From an uncultured Verrucomicrobiae bacterium (GTDB lineage: Bacteria > Verrucomicrobiota > Verrucomicrobiia > Limisphaerales > Palsa-1400): a DNA stretch of 64,000 nt. Of the stretch, positions 40,664 through 49,013 are shown piece after piece. A program made the translations under genes and the position numbers. A model generated the notes under the pieces. That model was not told where the DNA came from, searched no databases, and saw only the letters and a program-made list of their open reading frames with translations. Location: assembly GCA_963764165.1 (NCBI GenBank), contig CAVXRD010000002.1, forward strand, positions 3,360,001-3,424,000, in the 5' to 3' direction. Numbering within the stretch: position 1 is the first letter of the stretch; every line of letters starts with the position of its first letter.

Positions 40664-43121
40664 TAGAAGCGTGCCGTTGAAAAATGTGCTAGTGACAGGA
40701 GCATACGCTACACCCGAAACAAATAACGCCGAAGTGGCTGGCGATATTGAATTTGCCATGGCCATTGCGCCGGCACTGGATCGCATCACTGTATACGAGG
40801 GAGGATCCAATACACATGGCAGCAGCCTCCTAAATCGGATGGCCACGGATAATTCAGCGCGCCAACTCAGCTCATCGTGGGATTACGGCTTCAATAACAC
40901 TGATGAAAATATTCTTTTGGAATTTGCTGCGCAGGGTCAGACGTTTTTTCAAGCCTCGGGCGACCGGGGTGCTTACGATTGGTCGGACTTGCAGGAACAC
41001 GAAGGGCATCCATCCGACAGCCCCGCGTTGACCAGCGTGGGCGGAACTTCGTTGGCGACTGCCGGGCGCGGCGGCGGTTGGAAATCGGAGAAGTCTTGGG
41101 GGGAGATAGACAATGCCGACGGCAACTATTGCTCATCGGGTGGCGGCGTCAGCGATATTTACGCATTGCCTGAGTGGCAGACCGGCCTTGATCTCGGTGA
41201 AAGCGGCGGTTCGACGAACATGCGAAACTTTCCCGATGTTTCCATAATTGCCTCGGGCCTTTGGTTTGTCTGGAACAAGGGTGCAAAGGATGAGTATTTC
41301 TCCGGCACCAGCGCCGGCGCGCCGATCTGGGCGGGCATTGCCGCATTGATTAACGAACAAGCGGAACGAGTTAAGATGCCGCCCGTCGGCTTTCTAAATC
41401 CTGCCCTCTACAAGTTAGGAAAGTCCGCGATGCATAGCCCGTATTATCATGACATCGTCACCGGGAACAACACGAATCCTGATAGCCCAAATCAGTATTA
41501 CGCGGTGCCCGGTTACGATCTTTGCACAGGGTGGGGAACTCCAAAAGGCAGCAATCTCATTAACACTCTGGTCACAATGTCGTTTCCCAAACCCAGCATT
41601 AGAATTGTCGAGCCGCTGGCGGGCTTGAGCGTCGGCACAAATATCTTAAGCGTGAGCGGAACCACAAAAAGCCGGACTGCGATCGGCACCATTTTTTTCC
41701 AGCTTAACTCCAATCATTTTGGCGCGCCGTTTACCACCAACCTTTGGACAAACTGGACTACGAATGTCACGCTTCAACCTGGCACCAACACGATTCGCGC
41801 TTTCGCAATGGATTCCAGCAGCAATGTCTCAGATGAAGTTGCTCTGCAATTGCGATACGTGGATTTGCAGCCAATCGATCTCGAGATTGCTCCGCAGAAT
41901 TTTGGCGGAATCACATCCAGCTTCAACGGCACAAATCTGGAGGTGGGTCTTGCTTACACCATTCGAGCCCTTCCCGCCAAAGGGAATGTCTTTTCGAATT
42001 GGACGGGATCGATATTGTCGACGAACAATCCCCTGCATTTTGTCATGCAATCGAACATGGTGTTGCAGGCGAATTTTGCCTCGAACTACTACCTTGGAGC
42101 GCAGGGCGCTTACAGCGGTTTGTTCTGCGTCTCCAACGAAATCTCTTATGAATCCTCCGGCATGCTTAGCGGACTGAAGATTGGACCGCAGGGCTCATTC
42201 ACAGCCAGGGTTTTAACCAAAAGCGAATCATACGCAGTGGCGGGCCGATTTGATATTTCCGGAAACGCCACCAACCGCATCGCGCGAGCCGCAAGCCAAG
42301 GCGGGCCGGTCACAATGGCGCTCTCGCTCAAATGGACGACAAATCCGCCGCAGGTCACAGGCGTTATCACATGCTCCAACCAAAACTGGACGGCGAACCT
42401 GCTGGCGCTGCGGGCCGCCCAGTGGCCGGCTTCCGCCGAATTCACGATGCTGCTTGCACCGTTAACAAATGATCCCAGCGCGGTGCCGCCGGGTTATGGA
42501 TACGCTTTAATGACGAATCATCTGGGCCGTTTCACCTTAAACGGCGCGCTGGCTGACGGTTCTACGTTCAGCGAATCTGTGGCGGTCTCCCAGGAAGGGT
42601 TGCTGCCAATTTTCGCCACAGCTCATCCCTACCAAGGCTTCTTGATGGGCTGGCTTGATTTGGGCCCCAAATCGCTCCTTAGTTCAGGTCTGACCTGGAT
42701 CAAAAGCCCGTCCCACGCGACTAAATTGTACACCGACGGATTCATGACCAGCGTTGCCGCCATAATATCCGTTTGGACGAATCCGCCCGCCCACGAAGCG
42801 GCCCTGCCGATGCCGCTCAACCTCGATGTCGTCGGCGGCGATCTGACGGCCAACCTTAGCCTTGGCATTGACTTCAATGCGGAGAACTCGTTCCTCACCA
42901 ATTTCATTTCTCCCGGTTACGAAAGCAGTTCGTTGGACGGCGCCGTGAATGCCAAGACAGGACTCGTTACCTTTGCCATCACGAACAAAGGCCCTGCCAG
43001 CACCATGGGGGGCGCCGGCGCATTCTTGCAAAACACTTCCTTTGGCGGCGGCTTTTTCCTTGGGAAGACGAACGTCGGATCGTTTATCCTGTCTCCCAGC
43101 TCTCCTAATCCCTAGCGAACG

Positions 43122-43976
43122 ATGAATGGGCCGCCAAAACGCTCAATTTCGAAGGTGTCGCGCAATGCCGTCAAACTTATGCTGATTTGCGCTGCGGCTA
43201 TTTATCTCATCATCTGTGTCCTCATTACGATTTTCCAGCGCTCGCTGATGTATTATCCTTCCGTCGCAACCACGCCGCAAGTGGATCAAAGCGCACGGAG
43301 CGCCTCGCTGGATCGGTGGACGAATGCGGCGGGCCAGATCATTGGAATGAAGCGGCCGTCGCCCGCGCAGCCGGCTGCTGGCTCGGTTTTGATTTTGTAC
43401 GGCAACGGAAGCACTGCCGTCGGCTCGGGACGGTATGCAGATGACCTGCAAAGGGTATCCGCGTTCGACGTTTACATTCTTGAATATCCAGGCTACCAGG
43501 ATCGGCCCGGCCAGCCGACGCAAAGCAATCTCTTCAAGGCTGCGGACGAGGCGGTGCAGGCGCTTCCCACCAACAAACCCATCTACCTTATCGGGGAATC
43601 GCTCGGCAGCGGCGTAGCATCGTATCTGGCGGGAACCTATTCCAATAGGATTTCCGGCCTGCTCCTGATTTCGCCCTTTAACACCATGGTGGACGCAGCA
43701 CAAAGCCACTATCCTTTTCTGCCGGTGGCACTTTTGGTCGCGGATCGTTACCCATCAGAGAAGTATCTGCGGAACTACCAAGGCAAAGTGGGAATCATAC
43801 TTGACGAACGCGATGGTGTCGTTATGCCGAAGCTAACCCGCCGTTTGTTCAACAATTATGCGGGGCCTAAAAAGCTATGGGAAGTCCCCGGCGGCGGACA
43901 CTGCCAATTGCCCTACAACACGCCTGTGTTCTGGAAGGAAGTCTTCGTTTTTTGGGGCGTCACGGAAAATCATTAA
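43122..43976 (+). CDS. Membrane-anchored alpha/beta hydrolase
   Basis: N-terminal TM; FQRSLMYYP, YPGY, GESLG, GGGH. Confidence 0.85.
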   Translation: MNGPPKRSISKVSRNAVKLMLICAAAIYLIICVLITIFQRSLMYYPSVATTPQVDQSARSASLDRWTNAAGQIIGMKRPSPAQPAAGSVLILYGNGSTAVGSGRYADDLQRVSAFDVYILEYPGYQDRPGQPTQSNLFKAADEAVQALPTNKPIYLIGESLGSGVASYLAGTYSNRISGLLLISPFNTMVDAAQSHYPFLPVALLVADRYPSEKYLRNYQGKVGIILDERDGVVMPKLTRRLFNNYAGPKKLWEVPGGGHCQLPYNTPVFWKEVFVFWGVTENH

Positions 43977-43983
43977 GGCGTGA

Positions 43984-44429
43984 CTATCCAGTCTGCAATG
44001 GCTTGACCTCGTGACGTTCAAGTTCCATCACCTTGCCATTTAGCCGCTCGAATACCGCCCTCGCCTTCTGGCAATCCTCGTCCGCTCCCTTTACCATGAC
44101 CTGTCCAAGATGATCATTGAAGAACACGGAGCCCGCCGCAATGGAGGCCCCGCGACGGGCCAAGTATTCGCGCAACGCGGCTTGAACGACGCTTGCTGAG
44201 TTAAAATGAGAGGACGTATTTTTTCCCCTAGCTTCTTCGATTCTCTCTTCGAGGCGCGTCCCTCTCTACAGCTTGTTCCCAAAGGCCTTCGCATTCACCC
44301 GCCATACGTAATAATGAACTTCGAGCTTACTGGCTGCCGTCGCTCGATTTGTCGATCGGAGCCGGAAATGCACCCTGGCAGAGCCAACGCCAACGTTATC
44401 ACCACCACAAATCTGGTTTGCATTCGCAT
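43984..44429 (-). pseudogene. Probable decayed lipoprotein gene (one frameshift plus an in-frame TAG)
   Basis: Lipobox LALPGC in one frame; continues in another frame as ...VWRVNAKAFGNKL*RG...LREYLARRG...SVFFNDHLGQVMVK. Confidence 0.4.
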
Positions 44430-44452
44430 CACCTCAACTGAATCGTTGCGTT

Positions 44453-45568
44453 TTAGTCCACAGGCTTGCCACTGAACAAGCCTTCGCTGGTCAATGTTTG
44501 CGGCCCATCCGCATTGCACAAGGCGAATTTTCCCGGATAGAGCGCGACTCCTGCATACTCGCCCTTTGCGTTGAGGATATAGAAATTCACGTTGAAATTC
44601 GGCTGCCCGCGGCTGTTCCGCAGGCGCTTTTCAACTGTGTTGGCTGCGATGCGTTTGAGCGCCAGCATTCCCGCGTCTTTTGGCGGCATCCCCTGCCGCA
44701 TCGATTCGACGATCAAGAACGACGACAATCCGAACAGATTCGCCTCGCCGCGCCCGGTCGAACCGGCCGCGCCCACCGTGCCATCGACATAAAGCCCGGC
44801 GCCGAGAATCGGCGAGTCCCCCACTCTGCCGGGAATTTTGAAGGCGAGGCCGCTCGTGGTTGTCACGCCGCAGATTTCTCCCTTGGCGTTGACGCCGTTG
44901 CAATTGATCGTGCCGAAGATGTGCTCGTGATCGAGCAACCCTTCGAGCGCCATCCTTTGCTGCACGCGAAGGCCCGCTTCCGAGCGGGTTTTGGGATCGG
45001 GATAATGCTCGGGATCCGTCCGGCGCTTCCATTCCAGCCAAAGCTCGCGGGACTTGTCGGTGTTCAAATCCTTCTCGATTTTGAAGCCCATGTTGCGCGC
45101 AAACGTCTGCGCCCCTTTGCCGACGAGCAGGTGATTATCCGTTTCCATCATCACTTTTTTGGCGACGAGGGCCGGCGTGCGAACGCCCTCAAGACAAGCC
45201 ACGCCACCGGCGCGTTTCGTTGGCCCGTGCATGACGCAGGCGTCCAGTTGCACCACGCCATCGGCATTCGGCAATCCGCCGTAACCAACGCTGTTGTCCT
45301 CGGGATCCAACTCCACGATCGTCACCCCCGCAATGACGGCGTCGAGCACATCGGCGCCCTCGGTGATCATCTTGTACGCGCGCGCGACGCACGTCATGCC
45401 ATCGGTGTCCTTGGATCGATTTCCATTGGAGGCGGCGATGACCAGCGGCTTGATCGCGCCCGGGATCAAAACCTGCGGCGCATCAGAAAAAGCCTTCAAC
45501 GAACTGGAAGCCAGCGCGCCAAGGCCCGCCGTGGCCACAAATTTTCTGCGAGAGAGTTTTTTCTTCAT
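44453..45568 (-). CDS. Tat-exported N(4)-(beta-N-acetylglucosaminyl)-L-asparaginase (Ntn hydrolase)
   Basis: SRRKFV Tat motif; SVGYGGLPN, FGTI (nucleophile Thr), TTTSG, GRVGDSP, TGRGE. Confidence 0.9.
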   Translation of the reverse strand: MKKKLSRRKFVATAGLGALASSSLKAFSDAPQVLIPGAIKPLVIAASNGNRSKDTDGMTCVARAYKMITEGADVLDAVIAGVTIVELDPEDNSVGYGGLPNADGVVQLDACVMHGPTKRAGGVACLEGVRTPALVAKKVMMETDNHLLVGKGAQTFARNMGFKIEKDLNTDKSRELWLEWKRRTDPEHYPDPKTRSEAGLRVQQRMALEGLLDHEHIFGTINCNGVNAKGEICGVTTTSGLAFKIPGRVGDSPILGAGLYVDGTVGAAGSTGRGEANLFGLSSFLIVESMRQGMPPKDAGMLALKRIAANTVEKRLRNSRGQPNFNVNFYILNAKGEYAGVALYPGKFALCNADGPQTLTSEGLFSGKPVD

Positions 45569-45681
45569 GCGGTTTTCCGCAAAATTTAATAGCGGACTTC
45601 GCCCTCCGACAAGCCGAAAGAACGCAGCGGGACCAGCGGCGGTGTGGTTAGAAGTGGGTGCGCGACACCGTGCCTGCGTCT

Positions 45682-45776
45682 GAGCGCGGAGGCGGCGAAG
45701 ACCAGCCGCGGCGCTTGCGCTGCCAAGCGCGCCGGTCAATGTCACGTTGCTGCGGCTGGTCTTCGACACCGCGCTC
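45682..45776. repeat. Inverted-repeat doublet (CGAAGACCAGCCGC family)
   Basis: gagcgcgg...cgaagaccagccgcgg and ttgctgcggctggtcttcgacaccgcgctc; solo arm at 23970-24000. Confidence 0.75.
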
Positions 45777-45892
45777 CGCCCAAAAGTCCGCGCCTCTCAG
45801 CTGCTTTCAATGACGGCTTGTCGCGCAAAATTCACAATCTCGGGGTTGCATTTGACTGGGAGCCGCATTAAAACATGGCAAAATAAATTCTT

Positions 45893-46294
45893 ATGCAAAT
45901 AAACGCCTACCTTAATTTTGATGGAAATTGCGCGGACGCCTTCAAATTTTACGAAAAGTGCCTCGTTGGAAAAATCGTCTTTACGATGACCTATAAAGAT
46001 TCGCCGATGGCCGCCCAGATGCCGCCGGAAATGGGCTCCAAGATTCTCCACGCCACGCTGGAAGTCGCGGGCGGCAATTTGATGGGGGCCGATTGCCCTC
46101 CTGGCCGATATGAAAAGCCACAAGGCCTCTGGGTTTCCATTGGTTTGGCCGATGCCGTCAAGGGCGAATCCCTTTACAAGGAGCTGGCGGAAGGCGGGAC
46201 GGTTGTCATGCCGTTCCAAAAAACATTCTGGGCCGCCGGTTTCGGAATGGCCATTGACCGCTTCGGAATTCCGTGGATGGTCAATTGCCAATAA
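45893..46294 (+). CDS. VOC/PhnB-like protein
   Basis: YLNFDGNCADAFKFY, ILHATL, KTFWAAGFGMAIDRFGIPWMVN. Confidence 0.9.
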   Translation: MQINAYLNFDGNCADAFKFYEKCLVGKIVFTMTYKDSPMAAQMPPEMGSKILHATLEVAGGNLMGADCPPGRYEKPQGLWVSIGLADAVKGESLYKELAEGGTVVMPFQKTFWAAGFGMAIDRFGIPWMVNCQ

Positions 46295-46300
46295 TTCCGG

Positions 46301-46371
46301 TTCGGCAGGGCGAGGCCCCTGCCGAGCCATCTTCGGACAGGGGAACGGCTCGTCGGGAGCCTCGCCCTACC
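46301..46371. repeat. GTAG/GCAG-type REP doublet between convergent genes
   Basis: ttcggcagggcgaggcccctgccgagcc ... ggctcgtcgggagcctcgccctacc. Confidence 0.85.
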
Positions 46372-46401
46372 AAGCCATAAGAATTGCCGGGGCTCCGTGG
46401 C

Positions 46402-47781
46402 CTAATTATTCCCCTGCGCGGTGGCTAATTCGCGGCGCGAGAATAGAATAATCCCCGCCAGGCAAAAAAAGCCGCCCAAAATGACGATGATTTGCAGCGC
46501 GGCGCGGCCTAATTGGCTCCACGTAATGCTTCGGCCGGAACTGAGGGACTCGATTGGCGAAAAATCCTGCACCATCCGCAGGATTTTAAGAACCCCCTGA
46601 AATATCGGCACCGCTGCGTAGTCAACAATCGAGTGCCCATAGGCGCTCTTGCTCGAGTCGAAACCAACAATGGTGCCCTGCTCCACCACCGTCGCCACCG
46701 TCCCGCTGGATAGCCCGATGAACAGCACCGCCAGCGACACAAAGGCCGCCACCGGGAAAGAAAGAAAACTCGCCGCCGCCAGGCCGATCGACGCCAGCAG
46801 CGCGAGCCAGCAAAAAATGATGCACAGCCCGCGGATGAAATTGATGCCGAAACCGCTTTCGGGATAGAGCAGTTCCATTCCATCTTCGAGCGGGAAGATC
46901 AAGTCCGTCTCGTTCGGATTCCCCATTTCGATCCAGAGGCGCCCCTTATCGTCAAGCATATTCTCCGGCAGGGTGAATTCCTGGAACGAATCCGGCGGAA
47001 ACGTCTCCGCCAGTTCCATCTGGCGCGGCGAACCGGGTGGGCCGACGCGCCAAAGGGTGGTGTATTGAGTTTCGGGATTCATGTCGCCGGTGTGGAATTT
47101 GATCCGCAACTGCAGTTTCTTGCCCTTGACTTTATCTTGAATGCGGTGAAGATCGACGCCCCAGCGCTTTACCATTCGCGACCCCAGCACCGTATAGTTT
47201 GTCTCGAGGCGCGCGGTGATTTGTCTTCGAACTTCGCTCAGATCGAAATCGCTCATTGCCGAAGTATCCTTGATGTTCTTCTTGATGATCGCGTCGACGT
47301 CCTTGCTGAAGTCCGGTTTGGGTTCCTTGGCGGAAGCGCGGGAGACAAAAATGTCCTCACGCAGATATTTTTGCTGCTCAGGGGAAAGCTGGCTGGCGCG
47401 GAATTGCAAAATGCCGTAAATCGCAATCCCCGCCAAAGCGAGCAAAACCGCGTCCAGCGACAGGAGGCCGAGCCATTTTCCCATCCAGATTTGCCAGCGG
47501 GCGATGGGTTTGACGACGACCATTTGGATCTGGCATTCCTCGACGTCGCGGGCGAGCGTGCCGCAGGAGAGCCACAAGGTTGCAAATCCAAGCAGGGTGG
47601 CGGTCGCGCTGAGTGTGTAAGTCAGAAGAATCTGCACCATGCCCTGCGCCGTGCCGTCATCCTTCAGCAGAAGCGGCAATCCCAGAACGGCCCCGGCCAG
47701 AAGCGCGCAAAGAATCCAAAAAAGCTTGTAGCGAAAGGCGGCCTTCCAAGTCAGGCCGGCAATGGTCGCAATCTTGTTCAT
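46402..47781 (-). CDS. ABC-2-type permease with a large extracytoplasmic domain
   Basis: IAGLTWKAAFR, KPIARWQIWMGKWLG; TM clusters at both ends; FSRRELA C-terminus. Confidence 0.85.
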   Translation of the reverse strand: MNKIATIAGLTWKAAFRYKLFWILCALLAGAVLGLPLLLKDDGTAQGMVQILLTYTLSATATLLGFATLWLSCGTLARDVEECQIQMVVVKPIARWQIWMGKWLGLLSLDAVLLALAGIAIYGILQFRASQLSPEQQKYLREDIFVSRASAKEPKPDFSKDVDAIIKKNIKDTSAMSDFDLSEVRRQITARLETNYTVLGSRMVKRWGVDLHRIQDKVKGKKLQLRIKFHTGDMNPETQYTTLWRVGPPGSPRQMELAETFPPDSFQEFTLPENMLDDKGRLWIEMGNPNETDLIFPLEDGMELLYPESGFGINFIRGLCIIFCWLALLASIGLAAASFLSFPVAAFVSLAVLFIGLSSGTVATVVEQGTIVGFDSSKSAYGHSIVDYAAVPIFQGVLKILRMVQDFSPIESLSSGRSITWSQLGRAALQIIVILGGFFCLAGIILFSRRELATAQGNN

Positions 47782-49013
47782 TTACTGCCCGGCTTGCCCA
47801 AGAGGGAGGAAAGTTTTTCGTTCGCCTTGCTCAATTCCGCCGGCGTGGGCGCGGGAGCGGGTGCGTCTTCGGCGGGCGCGGGCGGCGGAGCAGCAGGCGC
47901 GGGCACGGGCGCCGACGCTTTGGAAAGCGAGGCGAGTTTTCCTTCGTTAATCTTCGGCGCGGGCGCGGCGGCAACGGGAGCTGGCTCTTCCGGTTTCGGG
48001 GCGCTGACAGTCAATCGCTCCAGCAATTGGTCGCCCTTGGCCCCGGCTTCAGCGTCACCGCGCAGATAAGCAGCCACACGGCTGCCCGAAGTTGCGCCGG
48101 AAGTTTCCGACATCGTTTCCTTGGCTTTTCGGACGACATCGAGAAAATAGCTTTCGAGATTTTGCGTCGGATTATCGATTTGCACCTTGTCGGCTTCAAC
48201 GTCCTTGCGGATCAAATTCAGGATCGTCTGCATGTGATCGCGCGGTATCGCTGGCATTGTGATGCGGACGGAATCGGGCTTGGCCAGCAGTTCGCGCAAA
48301 GGCCCTTGCGCGTGAATGCGTCCGCCGTAATAAATCACCACGCGGTCACAGACATCCTCAACATCGGCGAGCAAATGGCTGCTGAGAATGACCGTCTTGC
48401 CGCGGCGGGCGAGGGCGAGAATCAAATCCTTCACTTCGCGGCAGCCAATCGGATCAAGGCCGGCCGTCGGTTCATCCAAAATGACCAAATCGGGATCGTT
48501 GATGAGCGCCTGGGCCAGGCCGATGCGCCGCTGCATGCCCTTGGAAAATTCCCCGACCACGCGCGTGCGAACCTGGCTCAAGCCCACCATTTCCAGCAGT
48601 TGCTCGTTGCGCTCCTTGCGTTTGTCAGCGGGCAGGTCGAACAAGTTGCCGAAAAAATCGAGCGTCTCGTGCGAATCAAGAAAACGATAGAGATAAGACT
48701 CTTCCGGAAGATAACCGATGTGCGCCTTGCTGGGAACGTGCCGGGGCGAATGGCCAAAAACCTCGATGTGGCCGCGCGTCGGCCGCAGCAGGCCGAGCAG
48801 CATTTTCACGGTGGTCGATTTGCCGGAGCCGTTCGGCCCCAGCAACCCAAAGACCTCACCCTTCTTGACTTCGAAATCAACGTTGTCGACTGCCTTGGCC
48901 TTGGGACGGCCCCAGAAATCCGTGTAGATTTTGGTCAGGCCGCGAACGGAAATGACCGTCTGGCCGGATTTGCCGCTGGGCGGCGCTGTCAAAGAGTCAA
49001 CGACAGCGCTCAT
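47778..49013 (-). CDS. ABC transporter ATP-binding protein with a Pro/Ala-rich C-terminal tail
   Basis: GPNGSGKST, FSKGM signature, ILDEPT, SSHLL. Confidence 0.95.
   Translation of the reverse strand: MSAVVDSLTAPPSGKSGQTVISVRGLTKIYTDFWGRPKAKAVDNVDFEVKKGEVFGLLGPNGSGKSTTVKMLLGLLRPTRGHIEVFGHSPRHVPSKAHIGYLPEESYLYRFLDSHETLDFFGNLFDLPADKRKERNEQLLEMVGLSQVRTRVVGEFSKGMQRRIGLAQALINDPDLVILDEPTAGLDPIGCREVKDLILALARRGKTVILSSHLLADVEDVCDRVVIYYGGRIHAQGPLRELLAKPDSVRITMPAIPRDHMQTILNLIRKDVEADKVQIDNPTQNLESYFLDVVRKAKETMSETSGATSGSRVAAYLRGDAEAGAKGDQLLERLTVSAPKPEEPAPVAAAPAPKINEGKLASLSKASAPVPAPAAPPPAPAEDAPAPAPTPAELSKANEKLSSLLGKPGSK

Larger units (their letters stand above)
38788..43115 (+). pseudogene. Secreted sedolisin (S53) protease with Ig-like/B-repeat C-terminal domains, interrupted by IS630
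   Basis: Signal peptide and pro-kumamolisin-like prodomain upstream of the IS. Catalytic E-x3-D (AEVAGD), SGDRG, GTSAGAP and GYDLCTGWGTP downstream. Removing the IS restores the frame YEQSNHI-RSVPLKN. Confidence 0.9.

Noticed and set aside
39981..43115. 1044-aa ORF as a genuine gene
   Set aside because: Its first ~228 aa are an alternative frame of the IS630; the real coding part is the 3' portion of the interrupted S53 gene
47800..48000. Pro/Ala-rich low-complexity repeat as a separate element
   Set aside because: It is the in-frame linker tail of the ABC ATPase
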